Shown here one piece after another: positions 28,164 to 37,544 of a stretch of DNA of 64,000 bases (position 1 is its first letter; every line of letters begins with the position of its first letter). Position numbers and translations under genes: made by a program. The stretch comes from Candidatus Poribacteria bacterium. GTDB taxonomy: Bacteria; Poribacteria; WGA-4E; PCPOR2b. The notes beneath the pieces were generated by a model, which searched no databases, was not told the DNA's origin, and saw only the letters and a list, made by a program, of their open reading frames with translations. The stretch lies in contig OZ244587.1 in assembly GCA_965218095.1 (NCBI GenBank), positions 2,656,001 to 2,720,000 of the forward strand, read 5' to 3'.

Positions 28164-28797
28164 ATGAGCTTAGAATATTCATCGACAATTGCAAGTATTG
28201 TACAGAAACTCGAAACCCGCGACCCGCTGCCGCCGCTCGCCCCAAGAGAAGAATGGGACAACGAACTCACCCATCGAATTAAAGATATTCCATTAGAGAC
28301 GCTTTTTGATGGGCAATCCATTAAGGATTCAACGATGGGACACGCTATGCAGAGCGGCTTGCTGCTCTGGAACGATGCGCTTGATGTGTCACACACAATC
28401 TCGCAGGGTATCGAAAGCAAAACGGGCAACTATTGGCACGGCATTATGCACCGCCGCGAGCCCGACTATAGCAACGCGAAGTACTGGTTTGGGCGCGTTG
28501 GGGTTCATCCCACCTTTCCCACACTCCGCGAACAAGCGCTAGTGCTGCTCCAAGTTGCTTTGAATTCCGATCTTATCGATCGGGGCGCGTTCAACCGAAT
28601 CTGACTCGCTCGCAGATTATGCCGGGGCAATCAAGGAAAAAGAAAACTGGGATGCCTTTCGGTTCGTTGACTGGTGTCAGGCTTCAGATGGGGATAGGTC
28701 AACGCCGGAAGCAGTGAAAGCGTTTTTACAAGCCGTACAAGTTGAAGAGATTAAACTGTTGCTGAATTACTCATATCAGCAGGCACTCACTGAATAG
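28164..28797 (+). pseudogene. Conserved hypothetical gene frameshifted near 28575-28582
   Basis: LLWNDALDVSHTISQ..YWHGIMHRREPDYSNAKYWF; the C-terminus WDAFRFVDWC..QVEEIKLLL is in the +1 frame. Confidence 0.75.
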
Positions 28798-28889
28798 AAG
28801 TTACGCAGTTGGGCTATGCCATCGGAATGGAGGGGGGCAGGCTCAATATAAGTGCGTAACCCCAATCGAATTGAACAGGAGGTATTACC

Positions 28890-29900
28890 ATGCGTTCTCA
28901 CAATGACTTCCACCGCTATGTATTACTCACCGTGGTTGGTTACATACTCATGACGCTTTGCATCTCTTCCGTCAATGCAGCTTCAATCAAGACCAGTTAC
29001 AAGTATCAAGAGATCAAGCGACTCCATAAAAAGATCCTCCAAAACAGCGAATCGGCAGCACTCAATATGCTGATTGAGAAATCGCGTGCCTTTATCGTGG
29101 AGAATCCGAAATACAAACGGATTGATCAGGTTTACTACATCCTCGGCCACGCACTGACCCGCGCAGGCCATACCGAGGAAGCCATTAAGGCTTATCAACA
29201 ACTTGTGAAAGATTATCCGAAAGCCGCTTATCTTGTGCCCGCTCTGCTGGAGATGGGATTAGCCTACGATCGGCTCGGTCAGCACGACAAAGCGGATGCA
29301 GCGTATCGTCAACTAATTGAACACCCAAAATACGGTTCGCGCGCGTCTGCGAAGACCGCGAAGCGTTTACTGGCACTAAAAAAGGAGAATCGCACCGGCG
29401 AAATCCCCGCAAGCGCCTCACACAGAAGGCGACCGGATGCACTGGTTGGCAAAAAAGCAATCGATTTCAGCGTGAAAGACCTCGACGGCAACGACCTGTC
29501 GCTGGAGAAATATCGCGGCAAGGTGGTCTTGCTTGACTTCTGGGCGGTTTGGTGCGGACCATGCGTCGCTGAAATGCCTAATGTGAAGCGGGTTTACGAG
29601 AAATATAAGGATGCGAACTTCCAAATCATTGGAATTAGCCTCGATCAAAGTCGGGATAAACTGGTGGCTTACCTAGAAAAGCAGGGGATTACGTGGCCCC
29701 AGTTTTTTGATGGAAATGGTTGGCGGAATCAGGTGGCGGAGATGTACGGCATCAACAGCATTCCACACATGTACCTCATTGATGGCGAAGGCGTAGTTCG
29801 CAAGGCAGATGTGCGGGGGAGAGCCCTCGAACCGGCGGTCGCCGAACTGATCCGAGAAAACAACGCGAAATTGAAGGGCAGCGAGCCGGCTGAGAAGTAG
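28890..29900 (+). CDS. TPR + TlpA-like redoxin
   Basis: Signal-like N-terminus, YfgC/BamD-like TPRs, GKVVLLDFWAVWCGPC. Confidence 0.88.
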   Translation: MRSHNDFHRYVLLTVVGYILMTLCISSVNAASIKTSYKYQEIKRLHKKILQNSESAALNMLIEKSRAFIVENPKYKRIDQVYYILGHALTRAGHTEEAIKAYQQLVKDYPKAAYLVPALLEMGLAYDRLGQHDKADAAYRQLIEHPKYGSRASAKTAKRLLALKKENRTGEIPASASHRRRPDALVGKKAIDFSVKDLDGNDLSLEKYRGKVVLLDFWAVWCGPCVAEMPNVKRVYEKYKDANFQIIGISLDQSRDKLVAYLEKQGITWPQFFDGNGWRNQVAEMYGINSIPHMYLIDGEGVVRKADVRGRALEPAVAELIRENNAKLKGSEPAEK

Positions 29901-29972
29901 CGTCCAAGAGACCCATAGATGCTGAGTGACTCAATACCTTCAAAAATTTATGCAAATCAGGAGCATTTTCCT

Positions 29973-31883
29973 ATGAAAACTGTGTTTTTGTTCATACTCA
30001 CACTTATCTTTGTGACGCTTGTGTTGTTGCCAAACACCCTTGCCCAGGATTACACGCAATGGGGTTTACCCGAAGGAGTTAAAGCTCGCTTCGGTAAGGG
30101 TTGGATGTCTAGTAATATCGCGTATTCGCCAGATGGTGCGCGGCTCGCGGTCGCGAGTAGCATCGGAATTTGGCTCTATCACGCACACACCGGCACCGAA
30201 GTTGCCCTGCTCACCGGACAGATGAGGGATGTCAAAAGCATCGCGTTTAGCCCGGATGGTAGCACACTTGCCAGTGGGAGTTGGGACAAGACCGTTCGGC
30301 TGTGGGATGCCGTCACGGGAGCACACAAGCAGACGCTTACCGGACATATGAAGGAAGTCTGGAGTGTTGCATTCAGTCCGGATGGGGACACACTCGCAAG
30401 TGGGGGCAGGGATAATACTATTCGTCTGTGGGATGTCGTCACAGGGGCACACAAGCAGACGCTTACCGGACATACGGGTTGGGTCAGTAGCGTTGCATTC
30501 AGTCCGGATGGTGACACGCTTGCCAGTGGAAGCCGGGACAAGACCATTCGTCTGTGGGATGCTGTTACAGGGGCACACAAGCAGACACTCACCGGGCATG
30601 CAAGGGAGGTCACAAGCGTTGTATTCAGTCCCGATGGTGACACGCTTGCCAGTGGAAGCCGGGACAAGACCATTCGTCTGTGGGATGTTGTCACAGGGGC
30701 ACATAAGCGGACACTCACTAGGCATACAGGGGCGGTCACGAGCATTGCATTCAGTCCGGATGCGGGTACGCTCGTCAGCGGGAGTTGGGCAGTAGGTGCT
30801 TCCATCTGTCTGTGGGATGCTGTCACGGGGGCACACAAGCAGACACTCACCGGGCATACAAGTTGGGTCTGGAGCGTTACATTCAGCCCGGATGGGGACA
30901 CGCTCGCAAGTGGGAGTGGAGACGGTACCATCCGTCTGTGGGATGCCATCACGGGAGTGCATAAGCAGACGCTCACCGGGCATACGTATATGGTCACTCG
31001 CGTCGCCTTCAGTCCCGATGGAGGGACACTTGCAAGTGTTGCGATTTGGTACGGTACTATCCATATGTGGGATACCGCTACGGGGACACACAAGCGGACA
31101 CTCACTGTAGATATGCAGGGTATTATTAGTGTTGCGTTCAATCCGGATTGGGGTATGCTCGCAAGTGGGAGCGGAGATGGCACCTTCCATCTATGGGATG
31201 CCGTCACAGGCACACACAAGCGAACGATTGCCGGACATGATGCTATCACAGGGGAGCACAGGCAGCCGCTCACCGGACATACGGGGGGTGTCATTAGCGT
31301 TGCGTTCAGTCCAGATGGGAATACACTCGTAAGTGGAAGTCAGGACAATACCATCCGGCTGTGGGATACTGTCACCGGAAACCACAAGCAGACACTCACC
31401 GGACACACGGGAGAGGTCATAGGTGTTGCGTTCAGCCCGGATGGGGACACGCTCGCCACTGGGAGTCGAGACAAGACCATCCGTTTGTGGGATGCTGTCG
31501 CGGGGGCACATAAGCAGACGCTCACCGGGTATACAGGGCAAGTCACAAGCGTTGCGTTCAGCCCGGACGGGGATGCACTCGTAAGTGGAGGTCGGGACGG
31601 TACTCTCCATCTGTGGGAGGTTGTTACGGGTGCCCACAAACGGATGCTCACTGGACATACGGGGGAGGTCACAAGCGTTGCGTTCAGCCCGGACGGGGGC
31701 ACACTCGCTAGTGGGAGTGCGGACGAAACCAACCGGCTGTGGGATGCTGTGACGGGGGCACACAAGCGGACGTTCACCGGACATACAGGACAGGTCACAA
31801 GTGTTGCGTTCAGTCCGGATGGGGACACGCTCGCCACTGGGAGCCGGGACGGAACGGTGCTTTTGTGGGACTTGCACCGGTAG
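29973..31883 (+). CDS. Secreted WD40-repeat protein; C-terminal dockerin-like part is out of frame and truncated
   Basis: About 13 repeats of LTGH..V.SVAFSPDG.TLASGS.D.TIRLWD; EDVNEDGVVNFFDL follows in another frame. Confidence 0.9.
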   Translation: MKTVFLFILTLIFVTLVLLPNTLAQDYTQWGLPEGVKARFGKGWMSSNIAYSPDGARLAVASSIGIWLYHAHTGTEVALLTGQMRDVKSIAFSPDGSTLASGSWDKTVRLWDAVTGAHKQTLTGHMKEVWSVAFSPDGDTLASGGRDNTIRLWDVVTGAHKQTLTGHTGWVSSVAFSPDGDTLASGSRDKTIRLWDAVTGAHKQTLTGHAREVTSVVFSPDGDTLASGSRDKTIRLWDVVTGAHKRTLTRHTGAVTSIAFSPDAGTLVSGSWAVGASICLWDAVTGAHKQTLTGHTSWVWSVTFSPDGDTLASGSGDGTIRLWDAITGVHKQTLTGHTYMVTRVAFSPDGGTLASVAIWYGTIHMWDTATGTHKRTLTVDMQGIISVAFNPDWGMLASGSGDGTFHLWDAVTGTHKRTIAGHDAITGEHRQPLTGHTGGVISVAFSPDGNTLVSGSQDNTIRLWDTVTGNHKQTLTGHTGEVIGVAFSPDGDTLATGSRDKTIRLWDAVAGAHKQTLTGYTGQVTSVAFSPDGDALVSGGRDGTLHLWEVVTGAHKRMLTGHTGEVTSVAFSPDGGTLASGSADETNRLWDAVTGAHKRTFTGHTGQVTSVAFSPDGDTLATGSRDGTVLLWDLHR

Positions 31884-31979
31884 AGGATGTCAACGAGGAT
31901 GGGGTTGTAAACTTCTTCGATTTGATATTGTAAAATAAATCCTAAATATGGGAGCAGCGTCGAATCCAATTCTCAGACG

Positions 31980-32543
31980 TTACTGGGACCGGCTCGATTT
32001 TACGGTTCCCTCGACCAACGTAAGGGTTCGATTCGCTTCAACCCCTTCAAGGCATTCCTGTAGACCACTTGGCCATCGGAGCTCAACCCGATCGACTTGG
32101 TGATGATAACGCGCTCTGGTTCGACAGAGATGAAACTGGGCATTGAGTTGATTGATGGTAGTTTCAATTCGTCTCCGAATCCGATTGAGATTCCGCCGGA
32201 GTTGTGGCGTATGTTGTGACTTCTGATTCCCACGCTTGATAGCGAATAAGCGAATCCCATCCAACTCAAGGAGCATCTCACTCAATGGGTCTGAAATGTA
32301 ACCTTTGTCTCCAATTATCAGGGGATAATCGCCTGTTTCACACATCGTCGAAAGTACCTCCCGCTCATCAACATTGGCATTGGGTACGGAAAAAGCGAAA
32401 TGAAACTCACACTCAGCAAGTCTTCGAGATTCAGCGACGTGATTCCTTCTTGTGCGAAAGCGGCACTCAGCTTTTGACATAACTCCATTGAAATGCTTCC
32501 TCTCTTTCATTCGAGATAAGTAACTTCTCTCAAAGGATAGCAC
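31980..32543 (-). mobile_element. IS982-family transposase fragment joined to an ASPIC/UnbV-like C-terminal fragment
   Basis: IGDKGYIS and RRRIETTINQL..F.L.RTRAR, then VDRVELRWPSG..E...V.AN..L...EG. Confidence 0.65.
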
Positions 32544-32562
32544 TTCCTTTGCCTTTTAACTA

Positions 32563-33382
32563 GGTTCTGTTGACATTTGAGTATAAGGTTGTGGCATAAT
32601 AGAAGAATGACGCCAATAACCTTACCTGATGAACAATGGAATAAGATATACCGGTTTCTTCTAAGCTGTCCCACCATCTATGTTGGCGACGAAGCTGCTA
32701 CACGCCGCTTCGTCGAAGCCGTCCTGTGGGTGACTCGTAGCGGGGCTCAATGGAGACTTCTACCAGACACCTATGGCAAATGGAACACCCGCTACAAGCG
32801 GTTTGCTCGATGGTGCGACAAAGGTATCTTCACACAGATGCACCCCCACTTCGCCTCTGACCCCGATATCGAGTCGCTTATTGTGGACAGTACCATCTGC
32901 CGCGCTCACCCGTCTGCGGCGGGCGCCTTAAAAAAAACGGTGGCACTGAAAACCAAGCATTAGGTCGCTCTCGGGGCGGTTTCAGTACAAAAATTCACAT
33001 CACAGTTGACGGACTAGGCAATCCCCTAAGAATTCATCTGACCCCCGGTCAGAGACATGACATAACTGAGGCGGAAGGGTTGATAATCGGATATAACAGT
33101 GAATATGTGATTGGAGACAAGGGGTACGATTCGGACGCTTTTATTGCGGTTATTGAGGCAAATGGAGCGATTGCGGTGATACCGCCAAAAAGTCATCGTG
33201 TTGACCAAAGAACGTATGACAAACACTTATACAAAGAGAGACATCAGGTTGAATGTTTCATCAACAAGATAAAATGGTATCGTCGTATCTTCTCTTGGTT
33301 TGAGAAGCTAGCTGTCCGTTATTTTGGATTTCTCAGCTTTGTCTCCACTCTTATATGGCTCCCTTGAAATGTCAACAGAACC
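32563..33382 (+). mobile_element. IS5-family (IS427-like) element; transposase in two frames (32607-32963 and about 32930-33367)
   Basis: Perfect TIR GGTTCTGTTGACATTT, CTAG/TA flanks, RSGAQWRLLP..YGKWNT, A8 slippery run at 32930-32937, LGRSRGGFSTKIH, GDKGYDS, YKERHQVECF. Confidence 0.92.
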
Positions 33383-33387
33383 TAGTC

Positions 33388-34632
33388 ATGTTAGCAATTG
33401 TTATGGTATTAGCCCTCGGGGGGATATTACAAAGTCAAGGCGAGGAATCAGAGGAACCATGGGTGGGAAATAACCATATAGGACTCCAACAACTCTCGCC
33501 AACGAATTATCCTAAAAAAGATGGGACCTTCAATGTTAAGGTGGAGATTCGTAGTCACGCCCCGGATGGCCACGTCAGGTTTAAGTTCTCTAACTCTAAC
33601 GTGTCATCTTGGAAAGGCCATGCCATGAACGCTGGAAACGAACTCAATAGCGACCCGGATCTCACGTTAACAGTTGACCAACAGACACCCCAAGCCGGTA
33701 TCACTTGGAGTGCCCCTCCTGCGGAGCCCGGCGTACAATTGATAGGAGCCGGGTGGGACGGTGACGCTCCCGATCCGTTTACAGTGAAGGTCAAAGTTCA
33801 TGACTACGGTGCCTATGGGACCCTAACGGCTCAATTATATTACGATGGTGGGGAGCCGGAAGAGCCCGTCAGCCTTGATCTTCCACGCGATGATAATGGC
33901 AATAAGATTGCCGATGGGTGGCAGAATGATGGGTCGGAAAACTACGATGCGTCTGCTGACGATGAAGAAGGCCCAGGAAGTAATAATCATGATGGTGATG
34001 GATTTTCTGTCTTTGAGGAATATCGTGGCTTTATAGTGAGGGGGCTACATACCAGGGACTACACCCCCCAAACAGGCACATATGACCCAACAGCCAAAAA
34101 GGACCTATTTGTCTACAGCAACCTTGCTGAAGGGTATGGATATGCCAGCAATCTCCCAGCAGACACCTTTAAAGTCTGGCTGGTTAATTGGAACAATATG
34201 GATGGCGCGGTACGCAGAATGGATTCAAAGGGAACCGACATCCCTGGAAATTCAATCGGGCAGAAGGCATTAAAAGTGTTAAAGGATGATATAACCTCAC
34301 AGGATAAGGATTATGGTAAGATTAATGCTGCTCAACCTGCCCCTCCTGGACAAAGCCCTGGAACACCCTTTCAAGTGGGTGATATCATCATCTACTACAA
34401 GAAAATCCGTAAGGACACCCCGGCGCACAATGATGAAGTAACGCCGGATCCGGCTGATGCAGATGCGCGAAAGAAAGTGATTGGACACGAGATCGGGCAC
34501 GGTATCAACGTCGATCATCATGTTGGTAGTGGCCCTTGTATAATGGAAGGATGGGTTAACATCATGGACCAAGGAACTCAATATGCAGATCATGGAGATG
34601 GCGATCACGCAAGTGAATTCAAACTTCGTTAA
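33388..34632 (+). CDS. Exported zinc metallopeptidase-like protein; 5' end abuts the IS
   Basis: Hydrophobic leader, acidic DDNGN and DGDG loops, HEIGHGINVDHH..CIM (metzincin-like). Confidence 0.65.
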   Translation: MLAIVMVLALGGILQSQGEESEEPWVGNNHIGLQQLSPTNYPKKDGTFNVKVEIRSHAPDGHVRFKFSNSNVSSWKGHAMNAGNELNSDPDLTLTVDQQTPQAGITWSAPPAEPGVQLIGAGWDGDAPDPFTVKVKVHDYGAYGTLTAQLYYDGGEPEEPVSLDLPRDDNGNKIADGWQNDGSENYDASADDEEGPGSNNHDGDGFSVFEEYRGFIVRGLHTRDYTPQTGTYDPTAKKDLFVYSNLAEGYGYASNLPADTFKVWLVNWNNMDGAVRRMDSKGTDIPGNSIGQKALKVLKDDITSQDKDYGKINAAQPAPPGQSPGTPFQVGDIIIYYKKIRKDTPAHNDEVTPDPADADARKKVIGHEIGHGINVDHHVGSGPCIMEGWVNIMDQGTQYADHGDGDHASEFKLR

Positions 34633-34771
34633 AAATTCCTAAACCCTTATCTCATGTTTTGACGAAGCGGTGTGATTTTCCCATCATGGACAAAATTGCG
34701 CCTCTTTGTCAAACCAAAGTTCTGGTCTTGTCCAGTGTAAGTACAGCTAGGTCGTTAAAGGAGGAAGCTTT

Positions 34772-36091
34772 ATGACACGCCGACATACATTGTTTTTGGT
34801 ATTTCTCTTAGTGGGATTGATAGGTCTCATCGTTTCATTGTCTCTGTACAGAAAACAACACTCTCCAAACAATAGCAGCAATGCCTCCTTAGAATCATCA
34901 TCTGAAGAGACATCCTCTGGGACGTTTACGGATTCGTCTATTCGCTCTTCAAGTCAATCCCCATCTCGATTATCAAACCGGAATAAAGTCACCATAAAAT
35001 CTCCTTCCCGTCCAGCACCACCCTCTATTCCAGATTCAAAATTAGAAAGGATAGCCGAGCTATATGGTAGTCTGACGCTAGCTGACTATGACAGCAAAGG
35101 CCCACATCCCAAAGAAATTGAGATTCTGACAGAAGGAATGGACACACTGAGCGCAGGCAGGTATCTAAAAACGTTGAATATGTTTGATTTCGCGCTTGAA
35201 TATGCAGAAAAGGCTTTAGCTGAAAATCCAAGTTCTTTTGAAGCACTGCTGTTAAGAACCCAACTGCTTCCATCAGATCGAGCGGATGAAAGGGAAGCCG
35301 GGCTCCGTCAATTACTTGAGATGCATCCGAATTCTGTTGAAGCGTTAGCTGGATTGGGGGGGATGCTATCAACCTCTCACCCTCATGAGGCCATCCAACA
35401 CCTCCAACAGGCAATTGAGATTGCCCCGTCAAATAGCGGCGCATATGCCTCATTGGGATCTAGTTATGAAAAGCTGGGCGAATATGATGAGGCATTAGCC
35501 GCCTATCAGAAAGCATTTCAGATCTATCCTGGTCAGGCAACTGGTGCTCATATTCGCGCCATCGAAGAAGGAAATCCGATCATCAAGCCGATAGAGCAGA
35601 AGCCCCAGAGACAATTGCCTGAAGAAAGTCTACCCGAAGAGCCTTCTCCTCAAGCACCTCAAGAAGTGGTGGCACCCCTGATTCCCGACAGTCCCGAGGG
35701 GTTGAAGCGTGAAACCGATTTTGATGATGAGCGGGTGATCGAGCCAGCCAAAAGCGAAGGCAACGGGGCGCGGGAGGCACAGCCGATGGAGGCGGAGTTT
35801 GAAAAATTGCTCGCGGATTATGAGCGAATGATTGAAGACGAGTTGGACCCGTCTGCTACCGTTAAGGGACGGATTGCGGACTTAGAGCGTTCTATCGAAT
35901 CTAACCCCAATCAGAAGGAGCATTATTTAGAACTGGCTGAAGCTTACCAGGAAGCGGGCGAACATGAGAAAGCTGCAGAAGTCTACCGCCGGGCGAGGGA
36001 ACGCTTCCGTGACGATGAAGAAGTTCAGCAGGAATCGGAGTCGTATCGAGAATCGCCAGAACGTGAAGATGAAGACGACGAGGAGCGGTAA
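34772..36091 (+). CDS. Membrane-anchored TPR protein
   Basis: N-terminal TM, Ser-rich linker, TPRs and acidic tail; RBS AAGGAGG. Confidence 0.8.
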   Translation: MTRRHTLFLVFLLVGLIGLIVSLSLYRKQHSPNNSSNASLESSSEETSSGTFTDSSIRSSSQSPSRLSNRNKVTIKSPSRPAPPSIPDSKLERIAELYGSLTLADYDSKGPHPKEIEILTEGMDTLSAGRYLKTLNMFDFALEYAEKALAENPSSFEALLLRTQLLPSDRADEREAGLRQLLEMHPNSVEALAGLGGMLSTSHPHEAIQHLQQAIEIAPSNSGAYASLGSSYEKLGEYDEALAAYQKAFQIYPGQATGAHIRAIEEGNPIIKPIEQKPQRQLPEESLPEEPSPQAPQEVVAPLIPDSPEGLKRETDFDDERVIEPAKSEGNGAREAQPMEAEFEKLLADYERMIEDELDPSATVKGRIADLERSIESNPNQKEHYLELAEAYQEAGEHEKAAEVYRRARERFRDDEEVQQESESYRESPEREDEDDEER

Positions 36092-36400
36092 ATCGGATCA
36101 CGGCTGACGCAGCCGTTGGCGGCAAACTGAAGCGATCTTGATTCTATAGAAAAAGTCCTGCTGATTCCAGTCGATAGGGCTTTTTCTGTTCTTTTTCCCC
36201 GCCTGTGGCGGCAGACCATAACCACCCCAGGCCGTTGTGACATGCTCACGGATTTGGAACTGTTCGGGTAAGATCAGAGGTAGAACTGTACCAGGTAGCT
36301 GATTAATGCCGAATGCAGACATATCATACAGAATTGTAATCCGATAAACTCAATTGATTGGATACCCCACTATTGGGGCACATACCAGAAAGAAATAATC

Positions 36401-36529
36401 ATGAAGATTTTCCACCAATACACCCACATTGCAAGCCAAACAAGTAATGATATGCTATACTACCTCTATCTCTTTTTGTTGTATTTGCGCTGTGATGGTG
36501 GGCTGGTGGACCTCACGAGAAAGACGTAG
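36401..36529 (+). CDS. Putative Tyr/Phe/Leu-rich leader peptide
   Basis: MKIFHQYTHIASQTSNDMLYYLYLFLLYLRCDGGLVDLTRKT; alternative ATG at 36452. Confidence 0.6.
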   Translation: MKIFHQYTHIASQTSNDMLYYLYLFLLYLRCDGGLVDLTRKT

Positions 36530-36557
36530 AGATTTCCCCACATCAGATTGTTCATTG

Positions 36558-36603
36558 ACGCCCATCATCGAAAACGCATTCGGTGGTGGGCGTTTTTATT
36601 TTT
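36558..36603 (+). terminator. Attenuator-type intrinsic terminator upstream of DAHP synthase
   Basis: ACGCCCATCATCGAA-loop-TTCGGTGGTGGGCGT followed by TTTTATTTTT. Confidence 0.8.
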
Positions 36604-36617
36604 AGGAGGCAGCAAAA

Positions 36618-37253
36618 ATGATGCAGACCAACGGTACGATTGACAGAAATGTCAAGGACTATCAAACCTTAATGAGTCCAAGACAATTGGTGACAGATCT
36701 GCCAAGAACAAATACGATGACGCAGACAGTCGAATATAGCAGAACCAGCATCAAAAATATCTTGGATCGAACCGATTCACGAAAATTCGTCATTGTTGGG
36801 CCTTGTTCCATCCATGATGCGGAAGCGGCCCATGACTATGCGGCAAGATTAAAGGAGATTTCAGATACTGTTTCAGACCACTTGGTCATTATAATGAGGT
36901 CTTATTTTGAAAAACCTCGCACCAGTTTAGGCTGGAAAGGCTTAATCTACGACCCATATCTAAATGGAGAAGGCGATATCAAGGAGGGTTTACATATCTC
37001 AAGAAGGATATTAATGGATAATCTTGAAATGGGGTTGCCGTGCGCCACGGAATATCTTGAAACCTTCACACCTCAATATAATTCTGATTTAATCTCGTGG
37101 GCGGCGATCGGGGCGCGGACAACTGAGTCACCACAGCACAGGCAACTCGCTTCGGGCCTCTCAATGCCGGCCGGCTTCAAAAACAGCACGCAGGGCGACA
37201 TCTCCATCGCGGTCAATGGGATTTTATCTGCACAATCTGATTTTTTAACTTAG
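36618..37253 (+). pseudogene. Class I-alpha DAHP synthase (AroF/G/H type), 3'-truncated
   Basis: VGPCSIHD, MRSYFEKPRT..GWKGLI.DP, WAAIGARTTES..HRQLASGLS.P.GFKN; 211 aa versus about 350 normally. Confidence 0.85.
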
Positions 37254-37359
37254 ATGTCGCACGATAGTATAGAATAGAGAATTGCTACTATTTCACGTTT
37301 AGACTTGATCCACAACAGGGGATCTGCTATAATCATGCAGATGATTGATGGATAAAGTA

Positions 37360-37518
37360 GGTTCTGTTGACATTTCGCTGTCGCGAATTCGGCAAACGCT
37401 GTAATCATCATGCAACCCGCCAAAAACCAAGACAGTTGTCCGAAATCGCCTCAAGGTGCATCAGGTCGAAGACTCTCGGAACGGAGATTGGTTCAATCCG
37501 TCAAATGTCAACAGAACC
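37360..37518. mobile_element. 159-bp MITE sharing the TIRs of the IS5-family element at 32563
   Basis: TA-GGTTCTGTTGACATTT...AAATGTCAACAGAACC-TA. Confidence 0.9.
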
Positions 37519-37544
37519 TAGCATAAGTCGTTAATTAGTGAAAC

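Noticed and set aside
30066-31969. Several 200-370 aa antisense and alternative-frame ORFs over the WD40 gene
   Set aside because: They are periodic by-products of the 126-bp repeat.
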